Below, in pieces: positions 37,291 through 52,550 of a stretch of 64,000 bases of DNA (the first letter of the stretch is position 1; every line of letters begins with the position of its first letter). The translations under genes were made by a program, and so were the position numbers. The notes beneath the pieces are model-generated. The model saw only the letters and a list, made by a program, of their open reading frames with translations, did no database searches and was not told the origin of the DNA. Origin of the DNA: Octopus vulgaris (lineage: Eukaryota); assembly GCA_951406725.2 (NCBI GenBank), contig OX597816.1, positions 85,746,001 through 85,810,000 of the forward strand, read 5' to 3'.

Positions 37291-38690
37291 TTGCATGTAT
37301 TTCACAATTCATTATTTTTTATAGATTTTGAGAACCCGTATGACAATTACATTCAACGTCCTATATTGGAAATGTTGAAACTTGACCTTGCTTGTATACT
37401 GTCAATTTCTCTATAATTATTTTTAAAGTAGATAATGGGAATTCAATGCTCACACCCACTCCACCGACAAAAATGAAAGCTTTTGCAAAAGAGAAAGAAT
37501 TGTAAAGTTTAAAGTCTTCCCTCACGCTCATGCACCAACGCTCCACCAACATCATTGAAAGCTTTTGCAAAATTCGAAGCTTCTAAGTAAAATGACAGTA
37601 TCGCTTTTCTTCTATTTTGAAAACAGATTGAATTCAGCACCTGTTCCCAAAGATGAAACGCAAATTGTTTTCAAAAATAATAGTTTATGATTTTCAAATT
37701 TCAAAATTTAGAGCCCCAAAAAGACGAGTTATATATAATTTTCTTAAACAGAATTTCTAGGCATTATACATATATCAGCCAGTCTTTAGCTGTACAGAGA
37801 TGTTAGAAAAGTTGATAACATTGCGTTTTTCAGATGATATGGCTTTAACTATGATAGTGGAAAGCGTATCTAAAGTAGGTGGAAGGATGGAAGGAATCTA
37901 TCCCCAGACTGAAAGCTTCACATAAATGTTTGCAACAAATTTGTTGATAAACATTATAGAACAGGATTCAGTAATCTGATGAATTAACTTAAGGCCCAAT
38001 TTTGAATAAATAAACAACTAACAACCTATTTGTTAAGTGCAATATTTTAACAGGATTATTTTCAGATGTTTCTAATTCATTATAAATCAGTATCATAAAT
38101 ATGTCAACATATAAAGCATTACATATCAACAAAATATGAAGAAGGCTACATATTCAAATTGAGTTTATGTAATTGCCTGTATGTCCAGTTATCTAATTTG
38201 TATATTTAATCCTTTGAAGAGTCCTTCTATAAATATATACTGATAGACATTTGTACGAATATTTGTATGTTCATATTTCGATATTTGCATGTTGTTATGT
38301 GGGCATAGGAATGCATATGTATTTGTACATCTGTATAATTCTGGGCAGGACTATTCCCATCAAACTATGTATAAAATGTATAGTTTTGAATGTAACCCAC
38401 TCAATGTATTTAGATGGTTTCAAAAATAAGCATACACTTCATTTCAATCACCTTAGTTAAAATGTATTTTCAAGAAGCACTCATTATTGAGGACAATGTA
38501 TCGTTTAGGAGAAACGGTTTTAAAACAGGAAAACTGATTTAGTAATTATAGGCAGCTACAGTTTCATGTCATGTGGTAGCGAATAAAGACAGATGATAGG
38601 ATTTACATAAAGAAATACTAATCTCTGCCTATGTTCTTTCTCTCATTATTGTTGTGCTATTTGCATTACGCCGTAGCCCAGCTCTGGATA

Positions 38691-38753
<63 letters not shown>

Positions 38754-38796
38754 ATACATACACATGCTGATCTATTACGCCGTAGCCCAGCTCTGG

Positions 38797-38839
<43 letters not shown>

Positions 38840-39001
38840 ATACATACACATGCTGATCTATGATTTACGTTGGATTCCTTATTCGCATAATAATCCGGGT
38901 TCAGTCCCACTGCATATATGTATATTATTTATATTATTACTTGATTGAACGCCACGCACCCCTTTCCAAATAAGTTTATCTTATATATACACACACATAC
39001 A

Positions 39002-39079
<78 letters not shown>

Positions 39080-39306
39080 CATAGATATATATAATATATA
39101 TATACATATATATATACATATGTATATATATATAATAGTAATAATAAAGGGTAAAATTAATTAATTAATAATTAATAATTTTATTAAGTAGTTCGGTATG
39201 TTAAAAGAACCATCATCGGTAAACTTATACAAAAATTCTATAATCATGGGTATAATTACAAATTAATGGTTCAGCAAAATTTGCTTCATCACATACCTAA
39301 ATTATG

Positions 39307-39354
<48 letters not shown>

Positions 39355-39503
39355 TATGTATATGTATATATATATATGAAATTTAGTTTGTCTGTGTGTG
39401 TGTCTGTGTGTCTGAAATAGTAGATTCTGATGAAACTTGATACACACATAGCCCAATGTATTTCTAGCGCAGCGAAAATTATGTAAATATATACTGTCTA
39501 TAC

Positions 39504-39538
<35 letters not shown>

Positions 39539-39548
39539 TATGTATATG

Positions 39549-39597
<49 letters not shown>

Positions 39598-39643
39598 GTA
39601 TGTATATATACATATATATTCAGTATATATATATATATATTCA

Positions 39644-39686
<43 letters not shown>

Positions 39687-40057
39687 CACATATATATAAG
39701 TAAAACATTGAAACGTTGAGTTTTGACTACTGTTCATATCATCTGTTGATAATTTTTAATATTGATATCACTAGTATTGACACAAATGGATCGCAGGCGC
39801 GATAGCATTATATAGTTATGTATTATAATTTAGCAGGAAGCGTAATGATGCTTAACATATATCTACCTGCTACAAATGAGAGCAAAAGTCTTAAACTAAT
39901 CCACCGTATCGCACCAAGATAACAGAAAAACAGCATGCGAGGAAAACAGAAAGAATTAAAGCATTGAACAGCACGAAATAAAAAAAAAATATTATGCAAT
40001 TAGGAATATCCACAAACCAGGTCTCGGCTTTTGTGCATTTCATATATATATATATAT

Positions 40058-40219
40058 AATTCATAATTAAGGGCAAACGAAAAATTTCTAATGCTGGATA
40101 TGCCGAAAAATTGGATATATTGTCCATTAACCATATAATTATATGGTTCATGGACAATATGTCCAATTTTTCGGCATATCTGGCATTAGAAATTTTTGGT
40201 TTGCCCTTAATTATGAATT
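40058..40219. repeat. Spacerless palindrome with about 80-bp arms
   Basis: Centre ccatataa|ttatatgg at 40138/40139. aattcataattaagggcaaac pairs with gtttgcccttaattatgaatt. Confidence 0.9.
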
Positions 40220-40324
40220 GTTTATAGATTTAACCTTTAAAGGTATTTTTTGATATGCTGGTCATTGATAAATTTTTTTTTTGGGAAAAGAATATTTCTT
40301 TCGAAAAAAATTTTATCCTACATT

Positions 40325-40387
<63 letters not shown>

Positions 40388-43099
40388 CATATGTATGCAT
40401 ATACATATATATCCATATGTGTTTGTGTTTGTGTGTGTATAAATATATATAAAATCTATAGCCACATCTTCACACGTTGTGATGATGCTATCTGAAATTA
40501 CATATTGAATACCGTACATGAGATTTGTGTGAAACATTTGAATGAGATACATTAACTAAGAATTCTCAGGCTTATCTCGGTGAAGTATTTCGCTTAAATT
40601 AAATGCGGAAAAACTGCATTCAGTGAACTTATCAGGGTCATGAACAGAGAGAAAGAGATAGAGTGAGATAGTAACAAGGAGGGAGAGAGAGAGAGAGGGA
40701 GCGTGATGGAGAGACCGGGAGAGATTATAAGTGGGTGCTAAATTTTTTCGTACCCACATGGTTTATGGTTCAGTCCTACTACGTGTCACTTTTGGGTAGA
40801 GTTTTCTTCTATAGCCTCGGCCCGACGAAAGCCGTCTCCGTGGATATGGTAGACGGAAACTGGGAGAAGTCCATCATATGCATATATATGTGTGTGTATG
40901 TGTGCGTACGTGTGTGTATGCATGTGTGTGTATGCCTGTGTGTGTAGTGTGCGTGTGTATGCGTGTGTGAGTGTTTATCCCCCATGACCGCTTGAAAACC
41001 GGTATTGGTGCGTTTACGTCCCCGTAACTTTGCGGTAGAATAAGTACGAAGTTTAACAATAAAGCACTGACTCTTTCGGCTAAAATATTTCAAGATGACG
41101 CCCCAGTGTTGCCGCAGTCTCATGGCCAAAACATTTATGTGCTAGGATTTATTTATTCAATATTGTACCCATTGTGTAGGGTGAACATAAAATTAAACCC
41201 CAAAGACATTTAATACAAATTATACATTCTGCACCACGACTCCCCCGAATTAGGCAGAATATAGAATTTAAATGCTCGGGTTAAAATATCTCAAGTTCTT
41301 GGCAACTGTCTCTGAAATAAATGCTTGCTTTTAATTTATTGCATGTCGTCGCGTGTTTGTGTCTTTTATTGCTTCGTTTAGATGCATTGGAATGCGTTTA
41401 TGTGTAAAATATGTGCCCTTAATTGGGAGCTTGTGGTTTTGAGATATTCCTGTTTGACGTTTCTGCATCCAAAACAATCCCTATTAATCTTAGAAGTGTT
41501 AGAAAAAAAGAATTAATCTAACAATACAATAAAATATTGCTTCTGTTGAATGTATTTTTATTTAATTATGTTTATTTCAAATTTTTTTGTCAGAGTTAAA
41601 TCCTTAAGGATTACAATGTATAGACACCGACAAATTCTGTTTATTTCTTTTTAAACGATTTTAGTTTTAAGTAATTAACAAATACGGAATAGATTATCAG
41701 CTTGAAAGCGCGAATAAGATTCAATCTTTTCATTCCATAGCATTCATAAGAAGAGAAATAGACTTTAATGACTTGGCTACACAAAGGAGTCCAACTCTAT
41801 AGTAGTCTCCTCATCAGAAAGTAAATAAAATAAATCATTTCCCCAAGTCACTTTCACTAACTAAGCTGTGTACATGTGTGCGAAGTATTGTTCTGTTTAA
41901 CGTCTACTGTTTGTGAATTATTGATCCAAGCCAGAGACTTCTAAATCTTTCAAATTTAAATTAACTGTACGATAAACTTCCCAGCTGTATATAATTCACT
42001 GAAGTTACTTGCTTCCTACTCGAGTGTTTATTTTACCAGTTAACGTTCTTCTGAATAGAGAGTGTATTTCATTATATTTTGCTACTTTCCAGTACCTTGA
42101 CTGTGAATAGCTTAACTCGAGCTGATGTTAGCTAGAACGATATTGGGAATAAGCAAATACGTGAGATAAACTAAGGTATTTTCAACAAGCAAACAAAATA
42201 AACATGAAATAAAGTAAAAATGCATGTTAAAGTTCTCTGTAAACGGATTACCTGACGTGATTCTGGACTGAAGCCATATCACAATAATTACGCATTCATT
42301 GACCTGAAGAAAGGCATTTGATTTACAATGCAAGTTTCCTAACCTAGAAATAAATTTGAAGCCATGTTCCTTGTTAAAAAGAAACCCTAAGATTTGTAAA
42401 TTCTATCACTGTTAACTTACAATTTTAAGCTATGGCTGCACATTATATATTATAAATATATTCATGATAAGAACCACAGTACATTTCATATATTGTACTT
42501 CTGTCATTGTGAGAATTACGTCTCTCCCAGTATTATAATCCTACTTCCATTCTATATACAGATCATTTTGCATTAAGTCAAAATAATTTATATTTCCAAT
42601 GATTATTACATATGGATCCTCCAAATTTACACAAATACAGAATCAAATCTCTCGTACAATGTATTCTGCTTTATGGACATTTCAACATTATTGTTATACT
42701 ATTTAATTAACTGAATATTTCTTTTAGCATTTCATATACGTAGATTAAAGGAAACATTAAAATGCTGATATAAGCAAAATATCAGATTAAAACATATCTT
42801 CGACTTATCAAAAATACGAACTAAATTATGTATTTACAAAGAAAAAATGAATGACTTATGCGAGAAATAGATGAATCACCAAACATCACTCTCACCATCA
42901 AGATTCAGTTACATCATATAACAGACCTGCACTGGGTATGTATGACACTGGCAATTGAAAATATTAGGTATATTCTGCCAATTATATCTATTTGTATATA
43001 TACATACACACACACGCACGGTTTTTCATTTAAAGCTGTACTTCTACTGTAATAAATACCTGTAATAAATATACTAGTTTGTTAATTCTTATACAGAGA

Positions 43100-43950
43100 A
43101 AACCAAATGCTATTCGCAAGACTCCAACCACAGAATTTTCTTCAATGAGAAGATCACTTGCCACTTTCGCCCGAGTAACCTTTATTCTCTGTCCTATGAA
43201 CCTAGACGATTTGGAATCAAAAGCAACACATTAAACTACATTTTAGAGTAGCGTAGTTCGGCTTTGATGATAACTAAATAGCAAAAGATCTTCAGGGTAG
43301 TAACCCACTCAGGCAATTGAGTCGACTCTTAACTTCTTACATTTTAAGTCTCTTCAGTGAAATGTTTAGCGCATCGGCAACAGTTAGATGTCCTTGTGAA
43401 ACTTCTTAATTCACAAACACTGTAGGACAAACAAGTTTGCGAAATATTATCCACAAAACATTTCGAGTCACAGTATTGAAAGCCTTGGTAACATCTACAA
43501 AGATCTGATATATTTGTAAACTATATTTAAAATATATCTCCTGTTACTGCCGCTCCATGTTTGAACGCAATTTGACTTTTTGGTGGAACAGAAAGTCAGA
43601 CCCAGATCAATAATCTAATAAGCAATAACTTGCCAAGAATCGTAGCAACGGCTTCGAGTACACTGATAACACAATGGTCGTTGCTTATTCTTTGGATGCT
43701 TTGGCCTTGCTCAAGGATGTGATTATATCTCTAACGTCATGGAGCATATCACCTCCTTTCTAGATTCGCAATATCTGAAAATCTGCGAAGTACTACTGTA
43801 ACCTCCATATCTCGAAAGCTCAGTTGGATTCGAAACCAGACCAGGAGCTTCCTTGATATTAGTTCTTATAATTACCAATTTTACTGAAGTCTATGGTAAT
43901 AAATTCATTATCTCTGCAGTTACGTCCGTCTAGTTGAGACTTCTGTTTAA
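43100..43950 (-). pseudogene. Decayed RTE-like LINE RT remnant
   Basis: Minus-strand fragments KEAPGL..PTEL..YGG (about 43850), ATILGKLLL (about 43640) and FVDVTKAFN (about 43490). Confidence 0.55.
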
Positions 43951-44499
43951 CACTTAATCGATTTCTGATGGATTATGAAACAAAACAGTGACTTTTTCCC
44001 ACCATCGCTTCATAATACAATCAATATCCTTCTACAAATTACTACACGTATCATGTAGAGGTTCAGAATTCTTCCAAATCCTTCCTATCTGAAGATATGA
44101 TAGGCCATGACGTTTTCTTTCATTCTTCACATTTCTCCTTGCAATGTTCCTTTCCATTGCTTGAAAAAGGTTTTACCTTCTGGTATCTTTGCCAGACTCG
44201 CTTGAAACTATTTACACACCTACTCACATGTGTACATACTCTCATATACCCATGCGTGCGTACGTCTGTACGTATGTGTACATATAAACATAGATCCATA
44301 CGTATACACATGCACACACATGCACACACACACAGACGCACACGCACACACATGACATGTATACAATTTGCGAGATGTATGTCAGGACATACTTGGTAAT
44401 TCAATAAAATTAGTTGTATTTTGATAAAAGAAAAATTATGCACATATCCACAATAAGCTTCCTTACCAGATTATTTTATGAATCTGAGTAAAGGTACAA

Positions 44500-45100
44500 T
44501 AACTGTTTCAGTGCGGAAACAGGATCGATGTATGACTTCAATAAATGATATTTATCCAATTCGCAAATCACCTTGAAAGTGGGATCCTTCAGTGAAGATA
44601 CGGTCTTGCACGATTATCGATTTGTTTCCCTTTTAAAAGCGCTCCAACCATAGTAGTCCAAGGGATTTAAATCTGGTATGTTTGGCAGCCATAAGTTTGG
44701 TGTCTCATGATCGAAAAGATTATCTGAAATGCATTCTTTACTTACGTGGTCTTTGATATCAGAATATCTTTCACATAACTATCGATCTTTCTTTTTTCAG
44801 ATGTTTTGCCATGGTAGAATGAAAGCATTATATATACGGAAGAAATTTTAAACTTGTTAAAAGACCGCTAGTCACGGACAATTTAGCCTCTTTGCATCCA
44901 ATATCTTCGCGCACCACAGTTCTGATAGTCCACTTCGACAGCTTAATTTCTTTAGCGCGGTGATTTTCATTAACTTATCATGATCAACATCATTAATATT
45001 TTCCATTGTATGAACCTCGGTGTCTTTATAGTGTCCAAAAGTCTTGAAGGTTATTTTTTCTTTTTGATACAGTAGGAACATAATTGAAACCAGATCAAAA
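44500..45100 (-). pseudogene. Decayed Tc1/mariner-superfamily transposase remnant
   Basis: Minus strand WLPNIPDLNPLDYYGWS near 44640-44692 matches the WPPNSPDLNPLD motif. Confidence 0.6.
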
Positions 45101-45493
45101 TTTTAATTTGTTATTCGTGATGGTACGTGACGAAATTTGTCGTGCCAAAATTGATTGAGTTAACTTATCCTAGCAATTACATAATAGCTTATTTATGAAA
45201 TATAACTCATATACACGTACGGTACCGAATGTATGTGCGTGTTGACACAGAATGGTATAAAAAACGTGATTTAACAGTGTTGTCTGACAAATGTGCTTGG
45301 TAATCTTAAATATATTGGCTCTTGTACTCGAAGCAGTTTTGGTAATCCACCGTATGCATATGCACATGCTACGTAAAACATCGACTTAGCTTGTTTTCAA
45401 ATAAGTTTTATGCGATACTACAGTCGATATTCAGCAAATATGTTAAATAATGCTATCATAAAATCTGTTATTGCATCTTTCTCTCTCTCTTTG

Positions 45494-45541
<48 letters not shown>

Positions 45542-45796
45542 CGTCTCTCTTAATACTTGTGCAAGACCTGAACATGATATAAACTAGTTATAGTCAAATA
45601 AAATTGAATTTGCTAAGCATTTTATATCAATTTTGAATTGATGCAAAAGGCTGGAGTTAAAAATAAATTTAATAAAATTTCTTATCGTATTTCACGACTA
45701 AAGGAAATTATGACAGCATCTTCAACATTTATCATATTTTAATGCACCAGGCATATCTGAACGAAGAATAATATTAACTTCTTTTGTCTCTTCGTT

Positions 45797-45834
<38 letters not shown>

Positions 45835-46539
45835 TAACGAATAACTATTGTAAGGTGTCAAACGTGTCTACATTTATGTTTATATTTGTGGACGTCTGAG
45901 CGAATTAGCAAGTCATAAATATAGATTAAATAATAAGTTATTATTTCTCGTTTAATGTGTTTTATGTATGTATGCATGTATGTATGCATTTATGTGTGTA
46001 TGTATTTATGTATGTATGTATGTGTAGTCCACATTATGTTACATTAAATCACATAAGGTCAATGGGGTGACCAACAACGATAGAACGCTAGACAAAATGC
46101 CACACAGAATTTAGTGTCGAGTGTCTTTCTTGTTCTTAGAGGTTCTTAGATACTCTTATATCATGTTGTTAATATTATTTACTGCTGCAGAGTTAGCAAA
46201 TTTGGGAGAGAAATGAGTAAATAGCATTTTCTATTTGGTTTTAATCATTTGGTTTCTGAGTTCAAATCCACGTCCTCAAGTGGGAGACCAGAATTAACTG
46301 ATGCCAACGGCACTGTAAAACTAACAAATTGCTGTCATTGACAATTAAATTTCCTTCTGTAGGAAATGTTATCGGTAATAATCTAACATATGTAATCTGC
46401 TTAAATTTACAAGAAGAAAGCTATGATTTCATAGATTCTTAAGATCAAGAAAGTATTGGCTTGCATAAAAAGAACATTTAGTTAAGAAAGATAACTGCAG
46501 AAATACGAATTATTGATAAATGTTGATAAGTTCTTATTG

Positions 46540-47775
46540 CATTAATACATTTCTATATTTAAGAGATGAGGAATTATGTACATTATGTACATTATTTACA
46601 TTCGACGAATATATATCCTCATCTTGTTTGTTGTTAACACAAGGTTCCGGCTGATATTCCCTCCAGCTTTCTTTGGGTGTTTTGGAGAAAGTTCGAACCT
46701 GGGTTCTCATTCCTAAGGTATTTTTCAATGATATTATTACTATTGTTCAGGACACTGCTCGGAATTGAACTCGGAATCTTGGGGTTAGTAGCCCGCTCTC
46801 TTACCCATTACGCCATATGCCTGTGGGCTATTATGGTGTGAATTTTAGAGCTTATATATCTAATATTTCTCTATCCTTCATTAATAGCGGTTCCTATATG
46901 CTGCTCATATTTGTACTCGGTCTTCTTAGGAGGTTGTTGTGTCCAAGCATAAGTGCTGCTTCTTTTAATTTTCGTATTTTCCAGTGGTGTTCTCTATTAT
47001 TTCAAATGGTCTCCATTTTTCCATACATGATCAGCTATACTCGATTTATCAATGTCTCCTCGTGTCACAGCTTTGCAATGTTCATCAACCCTCATTTTGA
47101 TGGGGCTGCATGTTTCCCTTTGTATAATTTACCACAGCTGCATGGGATGGATTACATGCAATCTTTAGTCATATTCTCTTCTACTGGTGGTTTTACTTGG
47201 AGATATTTGCGAAGTGTTGTATTGCACTTGAATACTGGCCTAATGTCAGATGGGTCGCATATCTTTTGTATCTTTTCGGGGAGGCCTTCAGCATAGGGTA
47301 GACAGACTGTAGACAGTTTGTTGGCCTTATCCTCTCTCTTCTTCATAATTGGAGTGGATAGTATACTTTTGCTGTAGTTGTTGCTTAACATATCGTTATT
47401 GAGCTTGATCATTTCTCGTGGTGTGTGTCACGATCGGTACTTATATTCTTTGCACGATATTTTCTGCACTGCGCAATCCCTGTCTTTACACTGTATGGAG
47501 TGTGGGAATTGAAGTTGAAGTATCGTCCAGTAAATGTCGGTTTACGGTATACGGATGTCCTGAATTCATACTTGGTGCGTGTTATTAATACGTCCATGAA
47601 TGCCAGCTGATTGTCTTTTTCTTTTTCCATTGTGAAATGTATGGATGGCTTTATTGAGTTCACATGATCTAACAGCACTTGGGCATCTTCTTGGTGGGGG
47701 CCAAAGTATAAAGGTGTCATCAACATATCATAGCCATAGCGCTTTATTTTAATGGTGTTGATCCTACAGCCTGTT
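46540..47775 (-). mobile_element. Penelope-like element 3' part (RT palm/thumb, GIY-YIG remnant) followed by a tRNA-like segment
   Basis: LWL*YVDDTFILWPH, HVNSIKPSIHFTMEKE..LAFMDV, SVYRKPT..GRYFNFNSH and CLPYAEGLPEKI. tRNA-like A/B boxes at about 46750-46816 on the minus strand. Confidence 0.8.
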
Positions 47776-49874
47776 ACATTGATGAACGAAAAATGATCGG
47801 TTGACATTGTTACCCTTGAATGGTTTATAAAAATACGGTATTTAAGCCCGCCAACATACCTGAAATAAAGGAGAAATATTGCCACAGCTGTAAGTGCATG
47901 TTTTTTCATATAATTGTTTCAAGAGTTAGGTATCTATCACCATGTTAAATCCAACCTTAAGAGAAATTGCACACATTTGTTGAAATATATTTTTCAGATT
48001 CCAAAACACTGTTTTCTTCTTTGTCCTGTGTAAATGAGTAGATAAAGATATAAAACTGAGCAGATAAAATTATGAAACTGAGTAGATACAAATATGAAAC
48101 TGAATAGATCGATAAATAAGGCACATTCAAAGAACATTTAAGTTTCGTTAGTCGATGTAGTAGATATTCAATTAAAATTAAGCTCATGTCCAGAACGATA
48201 TTTAAATAAAACGGATCCTTGAAATTTTCGATTAAGCGATCATTGTTATTATAACATTCAAGTCAGAAGACATAAATGTTAGTGCTCGTTTGAATTTCGA
48301 TAAATTATAGCAGGTTTTAATGCTGTATACTACAGACGACGTATCCTGCTTCGCCTTCGGTTTGATAGAATTTCCCATTTCTCTTGTTACACAAACACAC
48401 ACACACACACATACACACACACACACCCTCTATCTTTCTCACACGCAAACACACCACACACATACACACTCACACACACCACACATACATACACACTCAC
48501 ACACACAAATTTATATGTATGAATATCCGAAATTCATAAAAAAAATCTCTTCCTCTGCTTAATTTCTTTCTGCAGGGCATAAAGTACATCCATGTAGTTT
48601 AAATGATTACTTGATCTGTACATATGTTTCTACAATAAAACCCTTTTATTAACATGGTTCGTCCCGCTCATTTCTGAGTCTTTATTCTACATGGGTCACA
48701 TTTGCTATTCATTATTCTGACGTCAATTTAATATATATTCTAATAATTGCCGCTAGTCAGTACACTCGACTATACACAGAACTATGAATAGAAAGATATT
48801 TTCTCGAAGCATGGTGCGATAAATGAATAGAGAATATACGACATGGGCATATATATGCGTATGTACGAATAGACCATTGCACGTGAGCATGGGAATGAAA
48901 CATAGAGAATAACACACTCATATACACACATACAGAGGCAAACACACATACATGAACGTATGCATATGCGCTTGTACACATATATGTGTGTACATGCACT
49001 TATATAACGATGTTGTAATATTCGTGTGGTGTAGTATTAAATGTGGACAGTATACATTCGGGAATTGTAATTCGTAAGATGAATTAAATACTGGGCTAGT
49101 CAGCTATCCGGTTTTATTACATTACTGTCAGAAAAATAGTGGACGTTCTTTTCAACTATAACATAACCACACCATTCGCTCTCCATCAAACCAAACTCAC
49201 ACGCTTTACTACTTTTATTGTGCCTTTCAGTCTCTCTATATATGATTCTCATTCCATTTTCGTTTCTCTCTCTCTCTCACTCACTTTCTCCTTCTCTTTC
49301 TCTCTGTTTCTCACATTTCCATATTGTTTCTTTCTGCTTGATATTTTACTCTTACTAATCTCTCATTGTATATAGCACTCTAGATGCATGCTAGACGTAT
49401 TAAACTTTTATTCTCTCCCAGTCCAATCTACTCTCCGTGGTCCTATTATGATTTTCTCTCTCAAACATCAGCTCTTTGCCTCAGAACATCTTTCTTTCTC
49501 TCTCTCTCTCTCTCTCTATTACTCTGTCTCTTTCACAAAACTGTCTTTATCTCTCTGTGAATACATGTTTTTCTATGGTACCTCTCCTAATTTCTTCATT
49601 TCATGGTGCGATTCGCTTATTCATTCTTTCTGTGATAAGCTTGTTTTATATTTTTCATTCTGTAATAATTTCTCTCATTCTATCTTCCATCACAGCCATC
49701 AGATGATCTAAAACAGTTAACTTCTCCTATCTCTCGTAAATTTTTTGATTAAACTTTTTCCTCTGTCTCATTACTCTGTCTCTCTCTCCCTCTCTTTCTC
49801 TCTGTCGTATCCTGTGAGGAAGCATTTATACATACACTTTCAATGCCTATCTATACACATGCACGTGTAGAATG

Positions 49875-49923
<49 letters not shown>

Positions 49924-49948
49924 TGCATACATACTATACAAAGATATT

Positions 49949-49993
<45 letters not shown>

Positions 49994-50583
49994 ATATGTA
50001 TGTATGTATATATGTATGTATGTGTATTACAATCTGCACAATCTTTAATATTAAGAATCTCTTTCAGTTTGTACTTATTCTTTGTTCGTTTCTTTCTACC
50101 TTATTCTTTCTCGTTCTCTTTTTTTTCAGTTTCTCTCCCCCATCCCTAGTCTCACCTGCATGCTCCGTTCTTGATTTTATAACTCTCTGTTTCCTTATCT
50201 TTCTCACTCTGTTATTTTCTGCTACATTCTCTGTATTTCGCAATCGATTCGTCGATAAAGTTCTTTTCTTATCTGACTATATATATCACCATTCTATCGC
50301 TTTTCGTCTTTTTCATTCACCTTCTCTTGTGTTCTGCTCTGTCTATCAGATTGTTGCTTCTGCGTTCTTTATGAAACACTAAACTCTCTCTTTTCTTCTT
50401 CATTCAAAACTCTCTGTATGTTTCTCTCATTCAGCTATTAATATTTTTCTATCAGACTTCCACCATTGTATCCCATTTTATCAAAATTTTTCGTCATAGT
50501 CCAAAGTACATGTAAATGTTCACTCTCTCTCACTTTCTCTCACTCGCGCTCTCTGTATATGTATATATGTTTCTGCTTGTGTG

Positions 50584-50629
<46 letters not shown>

Positions 50630-51004
50630 TATGTAGCAGGCATGTACGTAGCTGACTATTTTCTCTCTCTCTCATTTTTGTTCAGTCTGTCTCCTTCTCA
50701 ATCGCATACCTCCTTTATATCTCTATCAACTTCATGACAGTTTCCATTCCAATTACCAGGGACAGAAATATGAATATTGATGGCTAAAAATTTGAATAAA
50801 TTACTTCATGAATATTTCATTAGAATATTCCATACGACACTGATTTGGCAGAATATTACTTTAAGTGCTTCTTGCTGAATTTTCATTTTAATACGAAAAT
50901 ATCAAAAATGTCGTTTCCAAACATATTTCTGCCGCCCATGCCTTTATTGCCGAAGTGGAAGATAGATTTTAATAGTTTTTGCTTTTGACCACCAATATCT
51001 TCAA

Positions 51005-51193
51005 TGAGGATGATGATGATGATGATAATCATGATGATGATGATGATGATGGCGATGATGATGATGATGATGATGATGACGACGATGATAATGATAATAA
51101 TAAAAATAAGAGGGAGGAGGAGAAAACAACAATAAAAACTATGAAATCGAAATAAAAACAAATAAGAACGACAGTAGTAATAATAATGATTTC

Positions 51194-51248
<55 letters not shown>

Positions 51249-51285
51249 GTATTAATATTAATAATAATAATAATAATAATAATGA
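51005..51285. repeat. (GAT)n and (TAA)n microsatellites
   Basis: Directly visible. Confidence 0.9.
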
Positions 51286-51712
51286 TAAAGGCCAATAGGC
51301 GAGATATAGTTGGCAGAAATCATGAAGGAAAAAATGCTTTCTAATTGATGTATCAATACCAGCAGATGACAACGTTTCTCTAAAATAAAAGGTGAGACTT
51401 TCAGAATACAAAGACCTGGTAAAAGAGGTAACTCGAATGTGGAATATAAAAACAGTAACAATTCCTATCATAGTGGGCGCATTAGGTATGATAAAAAAAT
51501 ATTCAGACAAATACATTAAAAAAACACGGGGACTTACAAATATATATAACATACAGAAAATAGCACTACTGGGCACTGCACACATCCTTCGCAAAACACT
51601 TTCAATGCAGTAACCATAAGAGCATCACAGCAAACCACAGCACATACCCAAGGTACACAGAGCTGAGCTCAGTAGTGAAGTGAAATCACACTATAAAAAT
51701 AATACTACTGAA
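51285..51712 (+). mobile_element. 5'-truncated R4/Dong-like non-LTR element (restriction-like endonuclease C-terminus) in (TAA)n
   Basis: IDVSIPADDN..K..EYKDL..EVTRMW...PIIVGALG...IQKIALLGTAHILRK. Flanked by TAA repeats, the known Dong target. Confidence 0.85.
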
Positions 51713-51742
51713 TAATAATAATAGTAATAATAATAATAATAA

Positions 51743-52290
51743 TGCAGTACCAGGCAGTGGCTCTCATGGCTTCTGATCTTAACTGATTGGAAGTGTTATC
51801 ATGTACATTGTTTTGTCTTGGTATAAAAGATGGGCTACAGCAAATATTCTGCTCAATACCACAGATTTGCTTGTCAGTTGTTTGACCTTAACCAGTTGAG
51901 CATGTCCCTTAGTGGCTGACGATATGTGCATCTCTGATCACGAGCAGAAGTAGTGGGGGAGCATCATAGCCATGTGTTGAGAGGGATTCTTTGGGGTTTG
52001 AATAGTTCACCTCTGGAAACATGGGTGGTTCTTTCAACATCCTTAAACAACCCTTATTCAGGGACCGTTTGAGCGGGATGGGCTACTCAACCTGAAGAAA
52101 ATTCTAACTGGGCCCCACCTGCAAGGTCATGTGCTGTTTATCTTGATATGAGATCACCATGTCGCGCACATATGGTTGTGATGCATGTGCCTGGTGTACC
52201 TTTATCAGACGGGTAGTCATGATGGGTATATTGGGCTTCGTATATTTTACCCCAGTGTCACTTTGATGGCATGAACTGCTCTCTCACTCA
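51743..52290 (+). mobile_element. Non-coding repeat bounded by (TAA)n, probably the 3' UTR or non-autonomous partner of a TAA-targeting element
   Basis: GC-richer block sharply bounded by TAA tracts, directly after the Dong-like fragment. Confidence 0.5.
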
Positions 52291-52550
52291 ATAATAATAA
52301 TAATAATAATAATAATTATAATAGCAACTCCTTTTGTTTTGCTACTTGTGCTTATTGATAAGTATAATAAACGAATTACAGTAGTATGGCAAAGCGTGTC
52401 GTAATACAAACTCGTAAGGAAATGTAAAAGTGGGAAAGTGACTAAGAGTAAAGTAGTACAAAAATTTTAGGATAATGTATATTAATCAGTCAAAGTAATT
52501 TAGTTAATTTGTGAAACATACGAATTTATATAATATAATATATATATATA

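Noticed and set aside
37440-37575. Short internal repeat ttttgcaaaagctttca...ggtggag on the minus strand
   Set aside because: Only two diverged units of about 30 nt in different frames, with no supportable function.
47409-47909. 166-aa ORF with a signal-peptide-like start
   Set aside because: Flanking DNA fused by chance to a frameshifted PLE RT fragment.
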